From: Malacoraja senta
Taxonomy: Eukaryota
Reading direction: 5' to 3'
Assembly (NCBI GenBank): GCA_038087875.1
Contig: CM075982.1
Span: forward strand, 17,918,001-17,982,000
DNA length: 64,000 bases
Under the pieces are notes generated by a model, which ran no database searches, was not told the DNA's origin, and saw nothing but the letters and a program-made list of their open reading frames with translations. Of this stretch, positions 50,946-63,040 are shown in pieces. Made by a program: the position numbers and the translations under genes. Positions within the stretch are counted from its first letter, which is position 1. Each line of letters starts with the position of its first letter.

Positions 50946-51624
50946 TAATACTACAACAACCATGGTAAATAATTTCCTGAAAGAACAAGCAGTGCATAGG
51001 CAGGATCCAGCTAAAGTTAGCAATAAAGTTGACCCCAGATTGCACAGTACAGGTGGGTCTGCTGAAACCTAAGTTTCCATAATGCTAATGGATATAACAC
51101 CATTGTTGAATTAGGGAACACTATTTACATTATGCGGACAGACTTTAACACGATTTCAATCAAGAAAATCATTTGAAGTCACTCTGGAATTGTATAAGCA
51201 GAAAAATATGTTTCTTGGAAGAATAGAGTTCAAGGAAAATAAACATGGTTTCTATGTAACCAGCAATGAGACACCATTGTCTCTATAGGACACAGCTGCT
51301 AGTTTCACTGTGGGTGACCAAACAGATATATATCAAGGTAGATAAAAATATATCAACAGATATATATCAAGGCATCACTTTCATTGAAACTTATGCAATG
51401 ACACCCTATTAAACAATGTAATGTAAAGCCTTTAGTATTTTTAGCTTGCAGTAACAAAAATAAACCTATGTTTATTGCTGTGCAAAAAATAACTTTGTTA
51501 TTGTGAGTATGAAACTCTCTAACCCCTTCCCCCCTTTCCCCATTGTTCTTATAATGCAATTTTCTTTAACGCTAGGTTTCTTAGAAAAGCAAAAGCACGT
51601 AATAGCAGAACTTGTATCAAAATT

Positions 51625-52690
51625 GAAATGCATGGGATCCAGGGTGGCTTCTTAGTTTGGATTCAGAACTGGCCTACTCATAGAAAATCGAGGGTTGTGG
51701 TGGCATGGTGTTATTCTAGCTGAGCTTGGTGGTGTTCTCCAGGGATTTGTGCTGGGACATCTGTTGTTTGTGATATATATCAATGGCTTGGACGAAAATG
51801 TAGATGTTTAGGTCAGCAATTTGCAAATGACACAAAAATCGGTGAAGTGGCAGAAGGTGAATATGGATACATCAGGATATAGATCAATTACAGATGTGGG
51901 CAAAGAAATGGCAGATGGAGTTTAATCGGGGCAAGTGTGATTTGCTCTGCATTGGAAGGTCAAATGTAAGGGCAAATCACCATTAACAGCACTGGTGTAC
52001 AAAGGGATATTGGGGTCTAAGCCCATAGCTCCTTGAAAGTACCAACACGAGCAGATGCAGTGGTGTATGGCATGTTGCTTCTATCAGTTGAGGCATTGTG
52101 TAAGAGTTAGGAACTCATGTTACAACTTTATAAAACATTGGTTAGACCCCGTTTGGAGTATTGTGTGCAGTTCTGATTGCCTTATTACAAGAAGGATGTG
52201 GAGGCTTTGGAGAAGGTGCAGAAAAAAGGTTTATAAGGATGCTGCCTCCATTAGAGAGTATTAGCTATCAGGTGAGGTTGGACAAAGTTGGATTGTTTCC
52301 TCTAGAGATTCAGAAGCTGAAAGAAGACCTGATAGAAGTTTGTTAGTTAGGGTAGAGAGTCAGACATAGTTAGGGTATAGAGTGAGAATCTTCTTTCTAG
52401 GTGGAAATGTCAAATATCTGGGCGTATAGCTTTAAGGTGGGAGCAGAAAAGTTTAAAGGAGATGTGCAGGCAAGATTTTTACACAGAGAGTGGTAGGTGA
52501 TTGGAAAGCGTTGTCTGGGATGGTGGGGGGTGCAGATACAATAGCTGCATTTATGAGACTCTTAAGAAAGGTGGGAAATGGAAGGATATGGATCATGTGC
52601 AGGCAGAAGGGAATAGTTTAACTTGGCATCATATTCGCCACAGACATCATGGGCCGAATTGTCTGTTCCTGTGCTGTACAGTTCTATGTT
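51625..52690 (+). mobile_element. Degenerate CR1 LINE 3' fragment
   Basis: HGIQG..WIQNW, LFVIYINGLDENV, RMLP.LESISY..RLDK.GLF; tail CTGTTCCTGTGCTGTACAGTTCTATGTT. Confidence 0.85.
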
Positions 52691-53750
52691 TTACGTCAGA
52701 GGTGAGATGCCATAATGTAATGAGAAAAACTGAGAAAAGCATATAGATAATGACACTGCCTCTTTACTGAGGCTACTGAACAGCATCACTGACTGGTACA
52801 CTATTCTGTGCAGAAAACAGCACTTCAGCAGAATATGGTCTGCAGTCTGTAAATAAACAAAACATAGCCACAAACGAATCTTAGTAGTGTAAACAAGAAA
52901 GAGTTCTGGGAGCAACAAAATGTAAGACCTAGAATGTCACATTTTGTTTTTAATAATACAGAATTATTTCCGTTACATTTCTCTTTGAATCATAAAGAAC
53001 TGGAGCAACACTGTTATGTACAGTAATTGGAACCTGTATACATACCACTGTTCATTTCAACACTTTGTATTCTGAAATTGATTTCACCCAGAGTAATTTA
53101 CATTAGTGATCATTTCCAGGTGGAACTAAGCCAGATGCAAAATTGGACCAGGCACTTCTGGTTGGAATCCATATTAAGCATCTGAAGACATCAATCATCA
53201 TGCAATGCACATTTCAGCTCCTGCTATAAACTGGAGCTCATAGCTCCAGGCAACAAACATTGTGGGACAATCTTCAGAGAACTAAGAGCACAGTGTGCTG
53301 CATTCTTGATTAACTTACAATTTAAAGGGACATCATACTAAAATCGGCGCGGCCTCAGAACTGACAGCAAACTGCACAAACGACTCCCAAGGTCATAAGT
53401 GATAGGAGCAGAATTGGGCCTTACGGCCCATCAAGTCTGCAAGCCATTCAAGCATAGCTGATCTATCTCTCCCTCCTAACCCTATTCTCCTGCCTTCTCC
53501 CCATAACCCCTGACACCTCACCTCACCTCACCCACTCTTCACATATTGCTGATCCCTCTCTATTCCCCAACACACATTCAACAGCAAAGGCCTTTACCAA
53601 GAAAATGGAATCACGCAATGCAATGATATCAGTACCTGTGTAAATCATAAATTGAAATTGCTCTCTGTGCAAGACCGAAAGGAAAGTGAGATCACCTAGC
53701 CTATTTCGTGACAAGTGCTAATTCTATCAGATTTTGACACTATACTTTGG

Positions 53751-53988
53751 GGGCGGCATGGTAGCATAGTGGTAGCTACTGTCTTACAGCGCCAGAGACT
53801 CGGGTTCGATCCTGACTACAGTGCTTGTCTGTATGGAGTCTGTACGTTCTCCCTCGTGACCTGCGTGGGGTTTCTCCCACACTCCTAAGACTTATATGTT
53901 TATAGGTTAATTGGCTTGGTATAAAATGTAAAATGGTCCCTAGTGTGTGTAGGGTAGTGTTAATGTGCAGGGATCGATGGGCCGAAAT
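53751..53988 (+). mobile_element. HE1-type V-SINE
   Basis: GGGCGGCATGGTAGCATAGTGGTAG..CAGCGCCAGAGACTCGGGTTCGATCC (A and B boxes), then the V-core. Confidence 0.85.
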
Positions 53989-54805
53989 GGTTCTAGTGTG
54001 CAGGTATTAGTGTTTCAAAACATGGTTGTTCACCTTATTCTGGTCCAACTGTAACAAGGGTATGACCAGATCGGTATCAACAAATCAACACTGACAGCTC
54101 AAGAAATCAACACTGGCTCAAAATTGTTCGAACATCCTATCTAAGCATAGCACCAGGATCTACCCATTACTCAGAGTATTGAAAATCCATTGCATTAATA
54201 TTTCACCTGTAAAATGCAGCTAAGGTTGTTCACTGTAGCTTTTGGTTGTTTATAGGCTTTGGAGAGATTTTCGGTATCTTAAATAGATTTTTAAAGATGC
54301 TTTTGAAGCAAACTGTCAACTGTAGCATTCGCTAGCTGTCATTTTAAACAAATTGTCTGTGAAATCTGAAGACAAAAACTAATTTACTAATCTTGTTTGC
54401 CCAGTTTCTGTGGCCCGGACTGGCAACAGAATTTCCATGTCAACAAAGTTCATTATGGCAGAAACTTTTCAAGGTGCTGGTAAGTTCAGATCATTTTGAA
54501 AATTGATGACAAGGCCTAATTAAATTGAAAAATGCATAGACTTATAAGGAATAGAGTGGACAATCAATCATGAAGAACATAATTTCTTTGGTAAAGGGGT
54601 GTTTGGAGCAAACTTTTAGTCATTTGTAAACTATTGCGGTACAGGCTGATCACAATTGTACAAATGGGTGGGTTCCTCCAAGTGATCACCTGGATGAGAA
54701 TCAGAGTTAGAGATATACATGAGGTTAAATTACAAGTACAGTGTAAGGTTAAACCTTTGTAAGGCTGATAAAGTACAAAAGCCATATCAGTGTACAGTAT
54801 TCATC

Positions 54806-54930
54806 AATCTGAAGGGTCCCAACCCAAAACGTCTGCTCATTTCCCTACACAGATGCTACCTGACTTACTCAAATCCTCCAGCACTTTTGTTTTTTCCTCA
54901 AGATTCCAGCGTCTGCAGTCTCGTGTCTCC
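54806..54930 (+). mobile_element. Solo PLE terminal repeat, older subfamily
   Basis: CTGAAGGGTCCCAACCCAAAACGTC..CAGATGCTACCTGACTTACT..CCTCCAGCAC..GATTCCAGCGTCTGCAGTCTC. Confidence 0.7.
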
Positions 54931-56479
54931 ATAGAATTTTTGCTGTTGTATTTTACGTCATAGAACATAGAACAGTGCAGAACATGCTCTTCCATGCACA
55001 ATGTCCATGCCAATCATGATGCCGTTAAACCAGGCTCCTCTGTAATCCATACATGATCCAAATCCCTCCATTCCCTGTGCCTATTCAAAAGATAAATACC
55101 ACATAATTATTTTGTAGTTTTGTGTAATATTCAATTGTAGATTATTTGTAGTGCTTTATATTATATCAGTTGCAGTGTTTACATAATCACAGTAATTTTT
55201 TATGAAGAATTCTGGAGGAGGGGGGGGGGGGCTAATTTGAAGGTCTTGACTTTATACCACTCAGACTGAGTTAAACTTAGAAAATACGTGAAAAGGAAAA
55301 TTATCTACAAGGAGGAAAAATGTAGTGCACACATTATATTACTGCTATATATACTATTAGTGCACATGATTTATTTACATTTTATCCATAATTCTATCCA
55401 TAATTCTACCACAATCCTGTATAATTTAATGGATTATAATTGGTACAAGAACATTAATCAACAAAGGCTCAGAGCAATGCTACAGAAATTTTATCATTTG
55501 GATATTCTTCTATGTAGAAGTAGCTTGTAAAAAAGCAAGTTATTTACCAATTAATTTTATTGCAGTTGATGTACGATTGTACGATGTACAAGAAGCATGA
55601 AATGTTGGAAAAAGTACAACGGGTCGACTGGCATTTGAAGGCTTCATGTTTGTGGTGGGACTGAGATCACTAAAGATCTAGCGGTTAGGTTTTGGTACAA
55701 TTGTTGTCGTGGTCACAATTGCATTCCTGGTTAGTAAGGCAATGTTTACAGAACTAAATGACGACAACAGTCTCCTTTTTATTTGCATTTGCTTTGCTGA
55801 GCAGAGCTGAAGAATGACTTCACCAACCCAGCTTTTCCTTCCTCGTTGACCAAGCTATTGAACGTCTAAGGCAGCTTCTGTCTTAATTTGGTTATTCTCC
55901 ACTTTCTCCAAACCAAACTTAAGTGGCACAATTTGCATAATTGTGAGTCAGCTTTCATATGTTGAATCACTAAAGTCAATATATTAGATCACTACTCATC
56001 CAAGATGAATAGTGCAGGGTCTGTTGCTTAATATTAATAAATACCATGCCTCATTTTGTAAACAAAAGGACAGAAATAAGAATGATGCTGTTCAAGAAGG
56101 ATGACAGAGTGGTAGACTGAAGTTAAGTGGAGAGATTAGAGCATTTTTACTTACAACCGAGGAGGTTAAGGTAAGTTTAAATATTCAAAATTATTGGAGG
56201 CTGATGGAATACCAACAGATGTGTCACAAACCAGGGAACACCAATTATTAATACTTGGCAAAAGGAATGACAGGAAGATCGTTTTTTGTTTTTTTTGCTT
56301 CATTGTTTTGATCAGATTGCAATGCCTGAAGGGATGGTGGATTAACTACAAACTTTCCAAAGTTAATTGGATAAATATTTCAAACGGTAAGAAGTGTGCG
56401 GGAACATGAAGAAAGTGTGATAAATTGGCTAGCTTCTTCAAAAAGCCAACACAGGCACATAAAACTGACCGCGAAATGA

Positions 56480-57168
56480 TAAACTGCTGGAGGAACTCAG
56501 CGGGTCAGGCAGCATCTGTGGCAGCTGATGGGTGGTCAACATTTCAGGTCGAGACCCTGCATCAAGACTGAGTATCCCGGCGTGGCTAAATGGCCACAGG
56601 ACTTACCATCGCCCGCCGGGGGCTTTAACATCGGAGCCCCAGTTCGCCTCGACGCTGCAGTTGGAATGCTGGACCGCGGGAGAAGAACAAAGGGAAGAGA
56701 TAAGACTTTGCCTTCCATCACAGTGAGGAGGTGTTGAAGATTCACTGTGATGGATGTTTATGTAAACTGTGTTAAGTGTGGGTCTTGGTTTTTTTTGTAA
56801 TGTAAAAAACTGTAGTAAATGATATTTCGTTCAAACCTAGGTTTGAATGACAATAAATAGCATTCCAGTATGTGCAGTTGAGTTGGCCAGTGTAAAAGGT
56901 TGGTGGAGAGGGAGGAGGGGGGGGAGGGGGGGGGGTGAGACAGGGGCTGCCTGGTCTTAGGCGGAACCAGGTGAGCAAAGGGAAATGGGTAGATAGGGGA
57001 CAGGAATAAAATTGAGTAATGGGGTTCTGGGGGTCGGAAAAATTGAGGGAACCTGGGTGGATCAGAAGGAGAAAGAAAGGAACACAGAGTTCAGGGGTAC
57101 CAAACATTGGAAAATTCACTGTTCATACCATTTGATTATAAACTTCCCAGGTGGAACTTAAGATATTT
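56480..57168 (-). mobile_element. Old PLE 3' end interrupted by a plus-strand GC-rich retroposon
   Basis: Terminal repeat at 56480-56573. Degenerate GIY-YIG C-terminus (TTGGAAAATTCACTGTTCATACCA) near 57105-57165. Confidence 0.6.
56576..56866 (+). mobile_element. 5'-truncated relative of the 25027-25887 retroposon
   Basis: Shares CCCGGCGTGGCT, ACCATCGCCCGCCGGGGGCTTT, GCCTTCCATCACAG..CTGTGATGGATGT and ATTTCGTT..AATGACAA. Possible 5-bp TSD AGTAT. Confidence 0.8.
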
Positions 57169-57189
57169 TAGAGATTTAGTTTTAGTTTT

Positions 57190-59270
57190 AGAGTAATGAA
57201 AGTGGTGGTCCAAGGTGTTCTGTTTCCATGCCGAGGTAGGATTAGTGTTGTGTAGGTCAGATCAAGAACCTGACAGTTATAGGAAAATGGCTGTTCCTGA
57301 ACACAGTGGTGTGCAACTTCAGGCTTATGTACCTCCAGCCCAACAGTAGAAAGGAGAGGAGGGCTTGGCCCAGACGATGGGGATAATTGATGATAGATGC
57401 CATTTTCTTGCAGTAGAGCCTCAAGTAGATGCATTTTATGATGGGCTGGGCTGAGTCCATCACTCTCTGCAACATCTTTTGTTCCAGTGAGTTGGAATTG
57501 CCGTACCAGCCCATGATGCAACCAGTCAAGAAACTTCCTACTCGTTGACATGCCAAATCTCTTTGAACTTCTAAGTAGAGGCGCTGGTGCACCTTCTTTG
57601 TGATCATACATAATGTGCTGGGCCTAGGACATGTTATCTCAATGTTAGTGCACAGGAACATGAAGCTGCTAACTTTCCACCGCCAACTCCCCAATGAAAA
57701 CTGGAGCGTGGCCTCCCGACTGCCCCTTTCTAAAGTAATTGATTAGTTTCTTGATTTTGTTGATATTGGAGAGGTTGTTGTAGCGACACCACTCAACCTG
57801 GTGTTCTATCTCTCTCCTTTACGCTGACTCCCCGCCACCTGTGATTCAGCCAACAAAAGTGATGTCACCGGGAAAACTGTAGATGGCATTGGAACTGTGT
57901 TAGCCACCCATTAACGGGTGCAGAAAGTAGAGCAGGAGACTGAACATGCAGCCCTCAGGTACACCTGTGTTGATGGTCAGTGAGGAGATGTTCCTACTTA
58001 TCCGCACTGATTGAGGTGGGCCGTTGAGGAAGTCAAGGATCCTGTTGAAATGGTACCTGGCTGTACCACCTCCTCTGGAAGCTTGATTCAAATACTCACC
58101 ACCCTTTGTCTGAAAAACCTATGCCCCCGATCTCTCCTGCACAGTCACAGATATAAGTTCACAAGTTATAGGAGTAGAATTAGGCCATTCAGCCCATCGA
58201 GTCTACTCTGCCATTCAATCACGGCTGATCTCTGCCTCCTAATCGCCTTTTCCTGCCTTCTCCCCATAACCCTTGACACCCGTTCTAATCAATAATTTGT
58301 CTATCTCTGTCTTAAAAATATCCACTGATTTGGCTTCCACAGCCCTCTGCGGCAATGTTCTACTACCCTCTGGCTAAAGAAGTTCCTCCTCACCTCCTTT
58401 CTAAAAGAGCGCCCTTTAACTCTGAGGCTATGACCTCTGGTCCTAGACTCTCCCACCAGTGGAAATATCCTTTCCACATCCACTCTATCTATGCCTTTCA
58501 TTATTCAGTAAGTTTCAATGAGAGTAAGTAGAGCAAGGGTAATATATAGAGTAGGGAACTCAGCATACAGCCCTGAGATGCTCCGGTGCTGATGATTATT
58601 GAGGAGGAAGCATTGTTGCCAATTCATACTGATTGTCACCTGTATATGAGGAAGTTGAGTATCCAGTTGCACAGGGATGTACAGAGCCCCAGTTGCCTGA
58701 GCTTGATAAAAGGTTTAGAAGGAATGATGATGTTGAATGCTGAGCTGCAGTCGATAAACTATAATACCTTGATGTTTGTGGTCTTATTGTCCAAGTGGTC
58801 CATTGCCGAGTGGAGAGCCAGTAGGATCACATCCTCAGTTGACCTATGGTGGCGGGAGGCAAATTATAGGTTGGTCCATGTTCTTGCTAAAGTAGGAGTT
58901 TATATCTGCCATAACCAACCTCTCAAAGCAATCCACCACCACGGACATTAATGCCACTAGTCAGTAGTTTTTGAGGCATGTCACCTTACTCTTCTTTGTG
59001 TTATTGCTGCCCTTTTATAGAAGGTGGAAACATACGACCTTAGTAATGAGAGGTTGAAACTCCAGCCAGTTGGTTCATGCAGGTTTTGAGAATGTGGCCA
59101 GGTACACCATCAGTCCAGATGTTTTCTGAGGGATCACACTCATGAAGGATCTTTTGATGTTGGCCTCGGTGACTGAGATAACCATGTCATCAGGAGCTAT
59201 GAGATCCCGGGAAGGCACGTCGGAGTCCTCCCTTTCGACGCAATGCCCTGACACAGCTGCCAAATATGTC
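57190..59270 (-). mobile_element. Rex1/Babar LINE fragments (about 57190-58040 and 58530-59270) with nested CR1 pieces (about 58050-58520)
   Basis: ILDFLNGPPQSVRI..SSLTINTGVPEGCMFSLLLY; LTGCIMGWYGN..KMLQRV..AQ.I..SII..P..LL.G.RY.SL..T..FRNS.FP..VR.L. The CR1 piece reads TRGHSLRVKG..RRNFFSQRVV. Confidence 0.8.
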
Positions 59271-60454
59271 TCACTCTGTAATTTAGAGCAACAATGTCTC
59301 TTGGCTTTTTTGATGGTCTTATCTGTACCTGAACTTTCTTATAAACCTGTGTTACCAGGCATGAATGCCCGAGATCTGGTCCTCAGAAGATTGCGGACAA
59401 ATTCTCTCCAACAAATCATTTTCCCATTAGTCTACTCCAAGTCCAAATTTACACGAGCTACACAACACCCTACAAAACAAATGTTCAAGCAACCGTGTTA
59501 ATTTTAAATGTTATTTCCATGTGATGTCTCTACTGAATTGACCTAAATCGGGGTAAGTGATTTCAATGAGACGGTGGACTCCTGCTATGATTAATATTGT
59601 CTCAGTACTGTTGGACATCTTGCTTGGTGGAGAAAGAAGGCTCTAAAGAGCAGTAGATAGACACAAAAAGCTGGAGTGCTCAGCGGGTCAGGTAGCATCT
59701 CTGCAGCAGTCTTGGGAATGGACAGTAAAGATGAGGACAAATCTACTGGCATATTTGGGCAAGCTGTCAGAATACCTCAACACAGTGGGAGGAAAGGTGA
59801 TGTACATGGTTGTATTTTGCTGGTATCCTGATAATATGCCTGTCTTTTCTTACATCACCTAACCCAATGTGGTTGCCATTTTTTGACAGCATGAAGTGGT
59901 TTGTAGAGGTTATTATGCAGATAGAATTAGAAATGATGCATCACTGTTCAGTAGGACTTGACCAGGCTACATTGCAAAACAAATCCTAGCCAACAAACCT
60001 GCTTACAAAACGTTCTTTAATGCCCACAGTGGTTGAACATGTGTCATGCTAATAATTGCAGTTTCTTTTCCCAAGAATATTGGAGAGGTGTTTACAGCCG
60101 GAGGTATTAAGTGTCACCTTAACCTCTCAGAATGCATTTATTTCACTGGGACTAGACTGCAAATATGAAGAGGATATCCAGGGAGAAGGTAGGACTGCTC
60201 ATGGATAAAGAAGGGAATCTGTGCTTGGAATGTGGGGATGTAGGCAAGGTACTAAACTTGTACTTTGCATACAGGCTGGTGAGTAAGTTTGCAGATGACA
60301 TCAAGGATTGTGATAAAGGTGTGCAACGTGCTGGATATAATTGGCAACATCATGTTAAAATCCATGGAGCAAACGTTAAAGCTCAAAACCAGTTTAGCAT
60401 CGCTGGTTAACATACTGACTCTATTGACGTCTATAAAGGTCAATATTTATACAT

Positions 60455-60855
60455 CATGCTACCTTGGCAAGGCCAGCAGCATAATCAAGGATGAGTCGCA
60501 CCCAGGCCATTCCCTATTCTTCTCTCTCCCATCCGGCCAATGGTATAGAAATGTGAAAACGCACACCTCCAGATTCAGGAACAATTTCTTCCCAGTTGTT
60601 ATCAGGCAACTGAATCATCGTCCCACAACCAGAGAGCAGTGCTGAACTACTATCTACCTCATTGGTGACCCTCGGACTATCCTTGATCGAACTTTGCTGC
60701 CTTAACCTTGCACTAAATGTTATTCTCTTATCATGTATCTATACAATGTAATGGCTTGACTGCAATAACATATTGTCCTTCTGCTGCCGGATAGCATGCA
60801 ACAATAGCTATTCTCTGTACATCGGTACACGTGGCAATAAACTAAACTGGAACTG
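60455..60855 (+). mobile_element. Rex1/Babar LINE 3' end
   Basis: KASSIIKDESHPGHSLFFSLPSGQWYRNVKTHTSRFRNNFFPVVIRQLN; tail TGTACATCGGTACACGTGGCAATAAACTAAACTG. A second tail is at 61310-61410. Confidence 0.85.
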
Positions 60856-62192
60856 CTCTAATCATACACAATTTGGCCAGATATCTGTTCTATTCTTGGA
60901 GCACAAGAAACAGAAACAATGATGGACAGTTTGACCCTTCGTACCTGCTCCATCATTCAATGACCAAGATCTTTTCCCACAACTATCCGACACTAGCCCA
61001 ATTTCATTCTGCCTACATTGTAATCCATTTACCACAGTTCTACTCATTTGCCTGAATTTGTTAAGAAAACGCAGATGTGATAGCAAACTTTAATAAACAT
61101 AACTACATTCCTATTAAATGCCATTGGTACTGTTCAGAATGGGATTGCCAATAAATGCTAGATTAGAGAAAAAAACAGATAATGCTGGAATAATTCAGTG
61201 GTCAGTCATCTTCTCTGGAAGACATGGATAGGTGATGTTTCACTTCGGGAAGCTTCTTCAGATCCTTGATCACCATCTTTCAGCACAGTAAAGTCTGTAG
61301 AAACAAGACATTTGTATTGTCTTTTTGCTGACTGGATAGCATGCAACAAAAGCTTTTCACTGTACCTCGGTGCATGTGACAATAAACTAAGCTGAACTAA
61401 ACTGAACTGAAATTGCCAACTTATCCCTCCAGAGATGTTGTACCCATGTGGCCTAATATGTAGCGGTTAAATGCAGAAATATACAGGTCGTAGATTTCTT
61501 CCCAATGCGCCAATAATTTATCTGACTTCAACTCCCCACCCATAAATTTCAAGTCATAGGAACAAGAGTAGCCATTCAGTTAAATTATGGCTGATCTGTA
61601 ATTATCCACCTTGGTCCCATAACCCTTGGCTAACAATAATCAATTTCAGTTTTAAAAGGTGATGCTGACAGCTTCCACAGTAGCCTCATTCAGACATAGA
61701 AATAATGCATGGCTCCAGAATGGGGTCAGAGACTCGGAAGCGATATAAAACAGGCACGGCATACAAGCCAGAATGGTTGCATGTACACAATAACAAAGAC
61801 ACATTCATTCAATATTTTTTACGATCTCAGGATGTTCAAAAGCAATTTCAAACTGTTAAATTGCTTCTTTTTTTAATGAACAGTAGTGACTGTTGTAATG
61901 TATGAAACAAACGCATCAATTTAGGAACACCATGATCCCACGAAAAGCAATGTATTAATTAATTGGATCATCTACTTGTGGCGACACAAGAAAGAGCAGA
62001 CTGAAGCTCCGAAACATTGTCTGTCCACTTTCCTCCACAGATGCTGCCTGACACACTAAATTCGTTCAGCTGTTTGGTTTGCTCATCTGTTTGTAGTCTT
62101 GTAAGAGACACATATTGACCAAGATAATGGAAGAACTCTACTGCTCATTGGAGCAGTGTTAGAGGATATCAGGCTTCCTACATTACATCAGT

Positions 62193-62399
62193 CCTCTTCT
62201 TCTTGCGTTTGAGGCAGCAGAAGTCTGCAGCAGGGTGATGCCATCCAGTTCGACATCCGTAGGTGCCCGCTCTAAAAAAGGGCGCATGTTCCGGGTTGGC
62301 GCCAAGCTGAGGCGCAGCTGCTGTCTCTGTTTGTTGTCATTCGCCTGACTGTGGTCAGTTGACAGGGCTCACCATGGGGAGGTCGACAACATGAGCCCC
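62193..62399 (-). mobile_element. 207-bp non-autonomous retroposon with a 5' HDV-like ribozyme, (AGA)n tail and 11-bp TSD
   Basis: TSD ATTACATCAGT (62182-62192) and ATTATATCAGT (62400-62410). The minus-strand 3' end is ...AAACGCAAGAAGAAGAGG. It is inserted into a Deu-SINE tail. Confidence 0.85.
62332..62399 (-). ncRNA. HDV-like (delta/CPEB3-type) self-cleaving ribozyme
   Basis: Minus strand: ^GGGGCUC A UGUUGUCG ACC UCCCCAU GGU GAGCCCU GU CAA CUGAC CACA GUCAG GCGAA UGACAACA. This gives P1 (7 bp, G1-U wobble), P2 (8 bp), P3 (3 bp) with a 7-nt L3, a 1-bp P1.1, P4 (5 bp) and J4/2 GCGAA carrying the catalytic C. Confidence 0.88.
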
Positions 62400-62769
62400 A
62401 TTATATCAGTGGCTACAATTCAAACAATGTTTTGAGGTATTGAGATACTATGAAAGATATCATATGAGTAACCAAGATTTCTGCTCTTTATTGCAATACA
62501 GGGAACCCTGCAGAAAAATTGTCAAATTCCAACATTATCTGGGGTTTAGGCTTTGTTTGCCTGAGATGCTTGTATTTTTTAAGAGCCCAACCAAATGCGT
62601 TGTATAGACTTTTACAAGAAAGATAGGTATTTGGTTAAGGCAGGGCAGAGAGCCTGGTGATCAGGAGACAAACATGTTTCACACACGACTGGTGAAATAA
62701 TTAAATTATTGATTTGAGATGTAATGGTATATACTGAATCAAATATCAGCTGCAACTCATAGCACTGAA

Positions 62770-63040
62770 TTCATAGCACTTTTGTGTCTGACAGTGGTTT
62801 TAGGTTCAAGACTCACTAAAGAAGCTTGCATAAAAACTTAGATTGATATCTCATTGCAGTATGAAGGAAGGGCTGCCATGTTGGAGGTAGTCTTACAAAT
62901 GAAGTTAAATCAAGGCCATGTCTAATCTCTCTGGTGGACGTAAAACATGCGTCCACCAGAGAATTTCTTAAAGGAGTTTCTTAAAGGAGGACAGTAGCTA
63001 TCCTGTAGAGCCCTAGCCAATATTTTCCCCTCAGCAGTGC
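62770..63040 (+). mobile_element. Degenerate Deu-core SINE
   Basis: TAGCACT..GGTTCAAG head; GCAGTATGAAGG..TGTTGGAGGT..GTTAAATCAAGGCC..GGTGGACGTAAAA..GCCAATATTT core. Further tails at about 61790-61970 (-) and 63370-63540 (+). Confidence 0.6.

Noticed and set aside
53751-53815. tRNA-like sequence with A and B boxes
   Set aside because: It is the head of an HE1 V-SINE and continues directly into the V-core; not a tRNA gene.
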